A DNA stretch of 64,000 bases from an uncultured Fibrobacterota bacterium (GTDB lineage Bacteria > Fibrobacterota > Chitinivibrionia > Chitinivibrionales > FEN-1185), in assembly GCA_963729895.1 (NCBI GenBank), contig CAVSQB010000016.1, forward strand, positions 86,734-150,733, written 5' to 3'. Shown piece after piece: positions 39,129 to 47,773 of the stretch; the stretch's first letter is position 1, and the number at the start of each line of letters is the position of its first letter. Position numbers and translations under genes: made by a program. The notes under the pieces were generated by a model that was given only the letters and a program-made list of their open reading frames with translations, searched no databases and was not told the origin of the DNA.

Positions 39129-39844
39129 GAGGAGGGCGATGCGGTGAGGTGCGACATTCTGCCCGCGGGCCACCGCGGCATGTCGCGCATGCTCACGGTC
39201 TTGTCACGTGCGACAATCACGTGGTCGAGAAACTGGATCTCCAGCAGCCGGCAGATCTCCGCGATTCGCGCGGTGATGTTCCAGTCGGCCTCCGACGGAC
39301 TGGCCCCGCCGCCCGGGTGATTGTGGGCGAGAATGAGCGCGGCCGCCTTGCAGCGCACCGCCTTTTCCACAATGGTCCTCGGATACACCGCGCACTGGTT
39401 TACCGTGCCTTCGCCCACGATGTCGGTGGCGATCACGTTGTTGCCGTTGTCAAGATAGAGCGCGGCCACGTACTCATCGCCGCGCGCCCCGAAGTTGAAC
39501 CTGAGATACTCCTCAACGTCCCTGCTGCGGGACACCTGCGGCCGGCTTTCGTACTTTTCCTGGAGGCAGTAGGCGATCACGTCGCGCATAAAAGAGAGCA
39601 ACGTCGCTGCGCGCGTGCCGATGCCCTTGACCTCGGCAAGGTCCGATGTGTCTGCGTGAAACAGGCCGCTGAGGGTCTTGTACTTCCTTAGAAGCTCCTT
39701 TGCAACGGGTTTGGTATCCCGCCGCGGAATGACAAAGGTGAGGATGAGTTCGATGATCTCGTAGTCGGCAAGGGAAGAAATACCGGAGTGCCCGTACCGC
39801 GCAAGAAGGCGGGCGCGGTGTCCCTCGTGTCCCGCACCGGTCAT
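39125..39844 (-). CDS. radC: RadC-family JAB-domain protein
   Basis: GHRARL, YEIIELIL...IPRRDTKPVAK, an HhH motif (VKGIG), and JAB motif HNHPGG..SPSEAD...LDHVIV. Confidence 0.92.
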   Translation of the reverse strand: MTGAGHEGHRARLLARYGHSGISSLADYEIIELILTFVIPRRDTKPVAKELLRKYKTLSGLFHADTSDLAEVKGIGTRAATLLSFMRDVIAYCLQEKYESRPQVSRSRDVEEYLRFNFGARGDEYVAALYLDNGNNVIATDIVGEGTVNQCAVYPRTIVEKAVRCKAAALILAHNHPGGGASPSEADWNITARIAEICRLLEIQFLDHVIVARDKTVSMRDMPRWPAGRMSHLTASPSS

Positions 39845-39860
39845 GGCAGCGGGCCCCGCG

Positions 39861-41186
39861 CTACCACTCGAGGGTAAGCGCCGCAATGGTCACCCCTGCG
39901 CCAACGGAACAGAGAACGAGCCGGTCGCCGGGACGGAGGTCTTTTTGCATGTCGAGCAATGCGAGCGGGATGCTTGCACTCGACGTGTTGCCCAGGCGGT
40001 CTATATTTATGTAGAACCGTTCGAACGGCACGCCGCATTTCTGGGCCGCGGCCTTGAGGATTCTTGCATTGGCCTGGTGCGGCACTACCCAACCTACTTC
40101 CTGCGGGCTCCATCCGCTCTTTGCAATAACGTCCTGAATAATAGTGGCGAATCCGCCGGTTGCAAAGCGGAACAAGGCGTGGCCGTCAAGCCTGATCCAC
40201 GGGTTGAGATTTTCAAGACCGAGGGGAATCTTGAACCCCGGTACCGAGCGCTTGGCAAGCGGCAGGCCCTTGGAATCGGCCTTGAGGATTGCCTGCTTCA
40301 TGGCGTGGCCGGGCCTCTTTCCCGACACCACGGCGGCGCCTGCGCCGTCGCCGAAGAGAAAGTAGGTGCCCATATCTGTTTTATCAAGGAGCTGCGATTG
40401 CATCTCCACGCCCGTCACCAGGATATCGTCGGCAACACCCGACAGGATGAGTCCCTTTGCCACGGTGAGCGCGTAGAGCCAACCCGAGCAGGCGGCCTTC
40501 AGGTCGAACGAGGGGATCCCTCGCACGCCGAGCATGTCCTGCAGAATGCAGGCGGTGGAAGGCATGGAAAAGTCCGGCGTCTCGGTGGAGACGATGATGC
40601 CGCCGATGTCTCTTGTTTCGAGCCCGGAGCGGCGGATCGCCTCAATTGACGCATGATAGGCCATGTCCGACGGCTTTTCCCCATCCTTGGCCCAGCGGCG
40701 CTCGCGGATTCCCGTCACGCCGAAGATGTACTCTTCGGTGACTGCCGGGAACTCGCGCAGCAGTTCCTTGTTGGTCACCACCCGGTCGGGCAGGTAGCCG
40801 CCGATGCCGAGCAGGTGCACCCCGTGTCCGTTGCCTGCGGCCGTAACCGGGGAAACGCCGGGACGCGCCGCTGCTGCGGGGGGTTCCGCCTTTGCCGCCT
40901 GCGCAGCAGGAATGGCGTTCTTCATCGACACGTCGCTCGTCTCGATTTCCATCACCGGTTCTTCAAACGACACCGTGTCGCCCTCAACGGACAGGAGTTT
41001 TACCACGGTCCCGTTGCACGGCGCCTCGAAATCGAACGCGGCCTTGGCGCTTTCTATTTCGCCAAGAATTTGCCCTTTTGTGAAGGCTTCTCCTGCGGAA
41101 ACATTCCATTTTGTGATGGTCGCCTCGGTTTCCGCCGCCGCCTGCGACGGGAGGTACAGCGGAATCCTGAAAATGTCGTTGCTCAC
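39861..41186 (-). CDS. Lipoyl-attachment domain fused to beta-ketoacyl-ACP synthase III (FabH-type)
   Basis: N-terminal ITKWNVSAGE...GEIESAKAAFDFEAP..GTV..L...EGDTV, then an Ala/Pro linker, then KAS III with AACSG, PHQAN and GNTSSASIP. GTG start overlaps the upstream stop. Confidence 0.9.
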   Translation of the reverse strand: MSNDIFRIPLYLPSQAAAETEATITKWNVSAGEAFTKGQILGEIESAKAAFDFEAPCNGTVVKLLSVEGDTVSFEEPVMEIETSDVSMKNAIPAAQAAKAEPPAAAARPGVSPVTAAGNGHGVHLLGIGGYLPDRVVTNKELLREFPAVTEEYIFGVTGIRERRWAKDGEKPSDMAYHASIEAIRRSGLETRDIGGIIVSTETPDFSMPSTACILQDMLGVRGIPSFDLKAACSGWLYALTVAKGLILSGVADDILVTGVEMQSQLLDKTDMGTYFLFGDGAGAAVVSGKRPGHAMKQAILKADSKGLPLAKRSVPGFKIPLGLENLNPWIRLDGHALFRFATGGFATIIQDVIAKSGWSPQEVGWVVPHQANARILKAAAQKCGVPFERFYINIDRLGNTSSASIPLALLDMQKDLRPGDRLVLCSVGAGVTIAALTLEW

Positions 41187-43180
41187 CGTTGATCTCCAAT
41201 CAATTGCAGTATGGATTCTTTCACCCGTTCCTTGTCGGGCCTGTAAAGCGTTTCCAGTTCGGGCGCGAACGGCACGGGCATGTCCGGCGCGCTCACGAGA
41301 ACGGGCGCCTTCTTCAAAGAGGAAAAGCACTCACGGCACACCATGGAAACAATCCGGTCGCCGAGCCCGGCGCTTGCCGTGCTTTCCTGCACCACGCACA
41401 ACCGGCCCGTTTTCTTTACCGATTCTATTATCTGTGAAGGCTTAAGCGGGCTCAGAACGAACGGATTGAACACATCGAAGCTGCGGCCCAGTTCCCTGCA
41501 TGCGGCCAGTACGATATCGAGTATGGCGCCGGTCCCCACGACGGTGCAGTCGGTCCCGTCCGAATATTTCCGCTCTTTCCAGATTTTGCCGAGATCGCCG
41601 TCGAACGTGATATCGGAGCCCTTTGCGCTGCCGTACAGCAGTTTGTGTTCGAACACCACGCACGGATTCGGGTCGTAGAATCCGGCGACAAGCGCCTCGA
41701 ACATCTCCTGCGGGGTATAGGGATACAACAGTTTGATGCCGCAGAACCTCGACCATAATCCTTCGAATTCGCCGGAATGAAACGCCCCCAAGGTAATACC
41801 GCCGCCGCAGGGAAGCCTGAAAAGCAGGGGCGCCTCTTTCCCACTGCGAAAATACCATGTGCCGCTGTTCAATCCCAGTTGCGTTACGCTTTCCGTGGAA
41901 AAATCGGCAAACTGGAACTCAACGATGGGACGCCAGCCCGTCTGGGACGCGCCAAGGGCAAAGCCGGTGATGGCGGATTCGGCGAGCGGCATGTCCAGCA
42001 CGCGGTCGCCGCCGTACTTGTCAAACAGCCCCTTGCATGTCTTGAACGCGGACCCGTAAGGTCCTACATCGAGGCCCATGACCACGGCGGCCGGCTCGTT
42101 GTCGAGAAGATAATCCTGCGCAAGCGTTACCGCGTTGATGAATTTCACTTTCTCCGCGGAAAATGGTTTGCAGGAGGGACGGGACGGAGGCTTTGCAAAC
42201 ACGGCGCCCATGGCGACGGCGGGATCGGGCCTGGGCGGGACAAGCGACAACCGGACCGTCTCCTCAACTTCCGCCGCAATCTGCCGCTCGATATCCTCCA
42301 CCACGTTGTCCCGTATTCCGGCGTCGGAAAGCGCCCTGCGCGCGCGCATCAGGGGCTCGCGGGTGAGCCATTCATCCCGTTCCTGTTTTGTCACGTATTC
42401 CGCTTTGTCGTAGACGGCATGGCCTTCGAGCCTCAGCGTCATGCACTCGATGAGGTACGGCATCGACGTTTTGCTCATTTCGTCAAGAGCCGCGCATACC
42501 GCCGAGTAGACTTCCCACACGTCGGTGCCGTCTATGGTGGCGCCCGGAATGCCGTAACCGGCCGCCCGGTCCGACAGCCTTTGACACGCGTACTGGAGCC
42601 GCGTAGGCGTGGAATAGGAATAATGGTTGTTCTGGACAAGAAACAGCACCGGCGACTTCCGCACCGATGCGATGTTGATTGACTCGTGAAATTCGCCCTT
42701 GCTGCTGCCGCCGTCGCCGATAACGGCAAGACCGAACACGTCTTCGCCGTTCCTCCGGGCGCCCCAGGTCCCGCCTACGACAAGCGACAGCATGTTGGAT
42801 AGATGGCTTATCATGGGAAAGCGGCGCGCCGGCGCGTTGCCGTGGTGCACGTTTCCTTCGCGGCCGTGCGTTGGACTGTCGGCATTTGCAATATACTGGC
42901 ACAGCATGTCGTAGGGTGTTTCGCCCATTATCATGTGTGCGACGAAATCGCGCTGCATGAGCGACATCACGTCTTTCTTCGGGCGAAACGGGATGCTCAT
43001 CCCGACAGCCGTAGCCTCGTTACCGATACCGAGCGTCACGGTACCCTTCACGTACCGTTTCTTATACAGCTCGATTATTTTTTCTTCCAGCTTTCTTGAC
43101 AAATACATCCATGAATATGCAAGGGGGAGAAATTCTTCCTTTTTCATTTTGGCCGGATACCGGGGTACTGCGGTGTTCAT
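41183..43180 (-). CDS. Fused E1alpha/E1beta ThDP-dependent 2-oxoacid dehydrogenase
   Basis: Alpha half: GNEA, GDG...VQNN ThDP motif and RLEGH. Beta half: GLDVG, RVLDMPLAES, EFQFADF, GAFHS and DPNPCVVFEHK. Confidence 0.92.
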   Translation of the reverse strand: MNTAVPRYPAKMKKEEFLPLAYSWMYLSRKLEEKIIELYKKRYVKGTVTLGIGNEATAVGMSIPFRPKKDVMSLMQRDFVAHMIMGETPYDMLCQYIANADSPTHGREGNVHHGNAPARRFPMISHLSNMLSLVVGGTWGARRNGEDVFGLAVIGDGGSSKGEFHESINIASVRKSPVLFLVQNNHYSYSTPTRLQYACQRLSDRAAGYGIPGATIDGTDVWEVYSAVCAALDEMSKTSMPYLIECMTLRLEGHAVYDKAEYVTKQERDEWLTREPLMRARRALSDAGIRDNVVEDIERQIAAEVEETVRLSLVPPRPDPAVAMGAVFAKPPSRPSCKPFSAEKVKFINAVTLAQDYLLDNEPAAVVMGLDVGPYGSAFKTCKGLFDKYGGDRVLDMPLAESAITGFALGASQTGWRPIVEFQFADFSTESVTQLGLNSGTWYFRSGKEAPLLFRLPCGGGITLGAFHSGEFEGLWSRFCGIKLLYPYTPQEMFEALVAGFYDPNPCVVFEHKLLYGSAKGSDITFDGDLGKIWKERKYSDGTDCTVVGTGAILDIVLAACRELGRSFDVFNPFVLSPLKPSQIIESVKKTGRLCVVQESTASAGLGDRIVSMVCRECFSSLKKAPVLVSAPDMPVPFAPELETLYRPDKERVKESILQLIGDQR

Positions 43181-43317
43181 AAACCTCGCCGGGACGTTGA
43201 TTGTAAATCAATTACCATTGTACAGAATATACGTTACGAGTTTTGCCGCCGGATTTGATTTTTGTTCGGGGTCAAAAGGCTCCACTCTAGGACTAGTTCT
43301 AAGTTTATTTCAAGTTG

Positions 43318-43454
43318 TTTGGGCGTTCCCTTCGCTTCGCTCAGGTCGGTTCTCCTTCCAGCTTGGCCTTCGGCCTCGTTGCCGGTCCGCCCTATGCCTA
43401 TCGGCCGGGGCGGCCGGCAATGTGCTCCAGCACACTTCCAGTCGCCCCTAACGC
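43318..43454 (+). repeat. REP-like intergenic element, family B copy 1
   Basis: Shares TTTGGGCGTTCCCTTCG and CGGCCGGCA..TTCCAGTC with the reverse complement of 53400-53497. Confidence 0.6.
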
Positions 43455-43635
43455 AAAAGTCAAGAATCAGACCGTCTGACGTCACAATGCTTTCACAGAA
43501 CTTGAAACTACGCAATGTCAAATTCGTCTTTAGGTGCCCCCACATTGGAAAATGCTCTTTCGATGATGCAAGCCATGTATTCAGCCAAAGGTTTGCCCAA
43601 AATATCCCCCAGACCTATTTTACCACCCACTATCC

Positions 43636-44046
43636 ATGCCAAATTCAGAATCCATTCTCGTTGCCTGCGCCATCATCGAAAAAGACGGGCGTATCCTGGC
43701 CGCGAAGCGGAGTCGTGCCCAGTCGCACCCCGGATTCTGGGAGTTTCCGGGCGGCAAGATCGCCTCGGGCGAACCGCCCGAAACCGCGATTGTCCGTGAA
43801 ATCAAGGAAGAACTGTGCGCAGCAATCCGGGTGAAACGGCGGCTCGAGCCGGTAACGTTTGAGTATCCCGGCAAGCGGGTGACGCTTATCCCTTTTGTGT
43901 GCGACGGCTCGCGACCTTTGTTCGTCCCTCTGGAACACGAGGAAGTCCGCTGGGTAAACGGAAGGGAAGCCGGGTCTCTTTCCTGGCTGCCGCCCGACCG
44001 GGAAATACTGGCCGCGTATCTGAAATCGTTGCCGGAAGCCCCTTGA
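43636..44046 (+). CDS. NUDIX hydrolase (MutT/NudG-like)
   Basis: WEFPGGKIASGEPPETAIVREIKEEL Nudix box, plus EH and WLPPD motifs. Confidence 0.92.
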   Translation: MPNSESILVACAIIEKDGRILAAKRSRAQSHPGFWEFPGGKIASGEPPETAIVREIKEELCAAIRVKRRLEPVTFEYPGKRVTLIPFVCDGSRPLFVPLEHEEVRWVNGREAGSLSWLPPDREILAAYLKSLPEAP

Positions 44047-44138
44047 AAGACTCTTTCAACTGCGTGCCGGGAGCCATTCTTCTTCCCCGGTCACCCAAGG
44101 CTTTGATGCTCCTCTCCGTTCAATTATTTTTTCTTGTA

Positions 44139-44254
44139 TTGAAGAACCCCGCCCCAAGTGGCGGGGATTCTTCCATGCCCAAGGAAAAGATACTTGTGAT
44201 TCGCCCGCTAACCCCGCGCCAAGTCGCGGGGATTGCGCGGGCTAAGACATTCAA
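44139..44254 (+). repeat. Palindromic miniature element, copy 2 (diverged, 116 bp)
   Basis: TTGAA...TTCAA ends and two CCCCGC...GCGGGG hairpins. Same length and scaffold (GAAGAACC, CTTCCAT, CGCTAACCCCG) as 63045-63160. Confidence 0.78.
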
Positions 44255-44296
44255 TTTTCCGGCATCACCGGCGCCGGGGTCCGGCAAACGGGCCGC

Positions 44297-45895
44297 ATGA
44301 CGAAAGGTCCTTCTTCAATGACCACGCACAGCCAGCATCGCGCAAACCCGATCCCGCTTTTAGCCTCCGTGTCTCCATCAACATGGGTGCGGCTGCTTAT
44401 TGTGCTGCAGCTCTTGCTGCTTGCCTGGGAATTCTACCCCGATCTCTCGACGAACGGCGATGATGCTCGGTATTACCTTCTGGGACAGGCCATGCGCGAG
44501 GGAAAGGGATACCGGCAGATTCAGCTCCCCGACCGGCCGGTGGAAACCGGCTACCCCATTGCCTTTCCCCTTATGTTGGCAACGGTGTCGCTTATATCAA
44601 GCAATATAATGCTTGCAAAGATTTTTCTCGCATTGTGCGGCGCGCTCACCACTCTTCTGTGTTATTACTTCTTTAAGCGCCACCTGCGCCGGCTCCTGCT
44701 GCCGATGCTTGCCCTGTGCGCCGTTTCGTCGCTCATCATTGAATTCAGTTCGAGCCTCATGAGCGAAGTGCCCTTTCTCCTTTTTTCGCTTGCGGCGCTC
44801 ATCCTGTACGAGAAAAGCGTTGCCAATCGGAAGAACGCCTGGCTCTTTTGGTTGACAATTGCGGTTTCGGTGGTTCCCATGCACTGCCGGAGCGTGGGGC
44901 TTGCGTTTTCCGCCGCATGGATACTCAACACCCTTCTGAGCAGGCGCTACCGGTTTGCATTCGCCCATATTGCCATGCTGCTGGCAACCGTTATCGTATT
45001 TCATATCTTTACAACATGGCAAAATTCGTATTTGCTGCAGCTTGTACAGAAGAACAGCTACGCGCCGGACCTCGGCTACGTGACGCCGGCCGACATGATC
45101 GCGCGGATCGGCCAGAACATCAAGGCGTACGGATCGTCCATCGTATCCCAGTCGCTTGTCCCGCTTCCCTACCGGTTTCCGCCTCCTGCCAAGACCGCCG
45201 CATCACTCGTGTGCGTTGCCCTCGTTTTTGTGGGCTGGCTGCGCGGGTTCTTCGGCAACGTGCGCTTTGTTTCACTGTACGTGTTTCTGTATTTCGGCAT
45301 TCTTGTCATGTGGCAATTTCAGTGGTCAAGCGAACGTTTTGTGGTGGGCGTGCTTCCGTTTTTGTACTTTCTGCTGCTCAACGGACTCGACGGCATCATG
45401 GGCCTTGTTTCACCCCAGAAGGGCCAACCGCCGCTCCGCAGGTTCACCGCCGGTTCGGAAACTCCTTCGCAGAGCGGCGTCATCGTTGCGTGGGCGTGCG
45501 TAGCCGTTATTGCGTTTGCAAACATTTTCAACCAGCCGGGCGAGCTCCACCTGAAAAGATACCTGGGCCCGGATTGGCGGAATTTCTACAGTTGTGCGGA
45601 TTGGGTGCGGATCAACACGCCTCCGGACGCCGTGGTGATGAGCCGCAAACCCGAGCTGTTCTACGTGCGCGCGAAGCGAACCGGGCTGGTGTATCCCTTT
45701 ACGCGCAACGCACAACGAATCATCAACGCCATCGATTCCATGCACGTGTCGTACGTTGTGCTCGACAATTTCGCCTGGACCGCCACCTCGGGAGAATACC
45801 TGTATCCGGCGATCCAGGGTTTTGCGGACCGTTTTAAGATCGCCTACGCCCTCAACAACCCGCCTACCGTAGTGTACGAGGTCGTAAAACGATGA
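44297..45895 (+). CDS. Multi-TM glycosyltransferase, GT-C (ArnT/PMT-like)
   Basis: NGDDARYYLLG acidic loop, YPIAFP, LMSEVPF, ERFVVGVLP and many TM helices. Confidence 0.8.
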   Translation: MTKGPSSMTTHSQHRANPIPLLASVSPSTWVRLLIVLQLLLLAWEFYPDLSTNGDDARYYLLGQAMREGKGYRQIQLPDRPVETGYPIAFPLMLATVSLISSNIMLAKIFLALCGALTTLLCYYFFKRHLRRLLLPMLALCAVSSLIIEFSSSLMSEVPFLLFSLAALILYEKSVANRKNAWLFWLTIAVSVVPMHCRSVGLAFSAAWILNTLLSRRYRFAFAHIAMLLATVIVFHIFTTWQNSYLLQLVQKNSYAPDLGYVTPADMIARIGQNIKAYGSSIVSQSLVPLPYRFPPPAKTAASLVCVALVFVGWLRGFFGNVRFVSLYVFLYFGILVMWQFQWSSERFVVGVLPFLYFLLLNGLDGIMGLVSPQKGQPPLRRFTAGSETPSQSGVIVAWACVAVIAFANIFNQPGELHLKRYLGPDWRNFYSCADWVRINTPPDAVVMSRKPELFYVRAKRTGLVYPFTRNAQRIINAIDSMHVSYVVLDNFAWTATSGEYLYPAIQGFADRFKIAYALNNPPTVVYEVVKR

Positions 45896-46785
45896 AACTC
45901 CCTCTTGTTAACAGGGACACGGCTTTCTACCCGCTTGTGTTTGGGCTGTGGGCGCTGTTGATGATTGCCCTGCACGGCAACCATTCCTATTTCGGCAGCC
46001 CGTTTCCGGGCGTTGACGTGCGGCAGGACACGCAGGAGTATTACCATCCGGCGTCCTCGGCCCCGGACATCGGCAAACTCCTGCAATCGCTGGCCGGCGA
46101 GCGCAATCCCAAGGAGCGTGCCCGCACCCTTGAAGCCATCGGCATCGGCTATTTCGACCGGTACAGAGCCACGCATGCCCCGGGCTGCCTTGATTCGGCG
46201 CAAATGTTTGTTGAGGAAGCGACCAGGATTTCCGCGACGGTCCCGTCGTACTTCTTCAGTCTGGCCCGTATCTTAACGGAAAAAAAGGATTTCCCGTCGG
46301 CAAAAGCGAATTATGAAAAGACCGTGGCCCTGGATCCGAAACAGTACATGGCGTATCACAGCCTGGGGCTTCTTTCCTTTTACGAATTCAGGAATCCGGA
46401 CCAGGCAAAGGTCTGCTTCGAACGGGCCCTGGCCATAGACAGCGAGCTGCCTGTCGACAACTACATGCTCGGGGAAATCGCCATGGGAAAGGGAGACCCG
46501 CTTTCCGCCGTGCAACACTACCAGCGGGAAGTGGCGTTGTACACGTCCGGGCTCAGCAGCAAGGCCTACTTTCTGGCAGATCCGGCCAGCCTCAGGCTTG
46601 CGGCAACATTGTCGAGCCTGCAGCTCTCCATGCTCTACTCAACCTCGGCGCACAACGCACAGCTTGCCCAGAACTATTTCAACCTGTACCTCAAGTTGGA
46701 AACCGACCAGCAGCGAAGGCAAAATTCAATTAATCAGATTCAGAAATACTGGAGTATAAACAACAAAGGTGCTGCCGCGCCATGA
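45892..46785 (+). CDS. Membrane-anchored TPR protein
   Basis: N-terminal TM followed by TPR helices (AKANYEKTVALDP, AYHSLG). Translationally coupled to both neighbours. Confidence 0.78.
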   Translation: MKLPLVNRDTAFYPLVFGLWALLMIALHGNHSYFGSPFPGVDVRQDTQEYYHPASSAPDIGKLLQSLAGERNPKERARTLEAIGIGYFDRYRATHAPGCLDSAQMFVEEATRISATVPSYFFSLARILTEKKDFPSAKANYEKTVALDPKQYMAYHSLGLLSFYEFRNPDQAKVCFERALAIDSELPVDNYMLGEIAMGKGDPLSAVQHYQREVALYTSGLSSKAYFLADPASLRLAATLSSLQLSMLYSTSAHNAQLAQNYFNLYLKLETDQQRRQNSINQIQKYWSINNKGAAAP

Positions 46786-47705
46786 ATTCGGAACCGGCGT
46801 GGAACGGGCAGTCCAAAGGCAGCACGGCCGGCACCAGGGTCTTTGTCCGGCTTATTTCCCGCTGCGGAGTGATGCCGGCATATCTTCTTCTCCTTTTTGT
46901 CAGCCTTTTCTATACATGTGCAGACAGGAAATCGGCAGGCGCCATTCGATCGCTGCGCATGCGCCTCGGCCTTTCCACCTTCCCGTGGCATGCGTATCGT
47001 GCCTTTTTCTCTTTCGGCGCAAGCATAATTGACAGATATGCATTTCTGACGGGCAGGCAATCGTTTTTCTCGTTCGAATCGCACGGGGAAGACAGCATTT
47101 TACAGGCCGCGGGCCGGGGCAAGGGCGTCATCCTTCTGGGCGCCCACATCGGCAACTGGGAAATTGCCGGGAACCTCCTTTCGGAACGGCTCGAGTCGAC
47201 CGTTTACTATCTCATGATGGATGCCGAACGGCAGGAAATGCGGAACGTTTTCAAGAAGGCGCTCGACGCGCGAAAGATTGTAGTGCTTCCCGCGGACACG
47301 GACGGACTCGACCTGATGTTTGCACTCCGGGATGCGCTCGGGAAAAATGGGATTGTGTGCATGCACGGTGACCGTGCGTCGAGCGGCCGAAAAACGGAGA
47401 ACCACAATTTCCTCGGCCGCGATGTGGGGTTCCCTGTCGGTCCGTTTGCGATCGGCGCAGCAACCGGCGCGCCGGTAATTCCCATCATGGTAACAAAGAC
47501 CGGCCTCAGAAGGTATGTCTTTAGAGCGTACGCGCCCATCCTTTTCGACGGTGTGACGCCTCAGAACCGGGACAAGTATCTTTATACTGCCATGGAACGA
47601 TATGTGGGAATACTCGAGCAGGTTGTAAAAGAAAAACCGTATGAGTGGTTTAACTTTTACGACTTCTGGGACACCACGGCCAAAGAGAGCGGGCCGGTGA
47701 AGTGA
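46782..47705 (+). CDS. Lysophospholipid/lipid A-type acyltransferase (aryl-polyene-cluster type)
   Basis: N-terminal WNGQSKG, GVILLGAHIGNWE, VCMHGDR, FP.GPF and PYEWFNFYDFW. Confidence 0.85.
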   Translation: MNSEPAWNGQSKGSTAGTRVFVRLISRCGVMPAYLLLLFVSLFYTCADRKSAGAIRSLRMRLGLSTFPWHAYRAFFSFGASIIDRYAFLTGRQSFFSFESHGEDSILQAAGRGKGVILLGAHIGNWEIAGNLLSERLESTVYYLMMDAERQEMRNVFKKALDARKIVVLPADTDGLDLMFALRDALGKNGIVCMHGDRASSGRKTENHNFLGRDVGFPVGPFAIGAATGAPVIPIMVTKTGLRRYVFRAYAPILFDGVTPQNRDKYLYTAMERYVGILEQVVKEKPYEWFNFYDFWDTTAKESGPVK

Positions 47706-47773
47706 GTGTTCCGATTCTGCTATTACGTGTCTCTCAGGCGCCAAGTTGCGCCCGGTTCTGTGCAGATTTTGCG

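Noticed and set aside
39125..39844. radC as a marker of a mobile element
   Set aside because: It is the full-length chromosomal type with N-terminal and HhH parts, and no integrase or conjugation genes are nearby.
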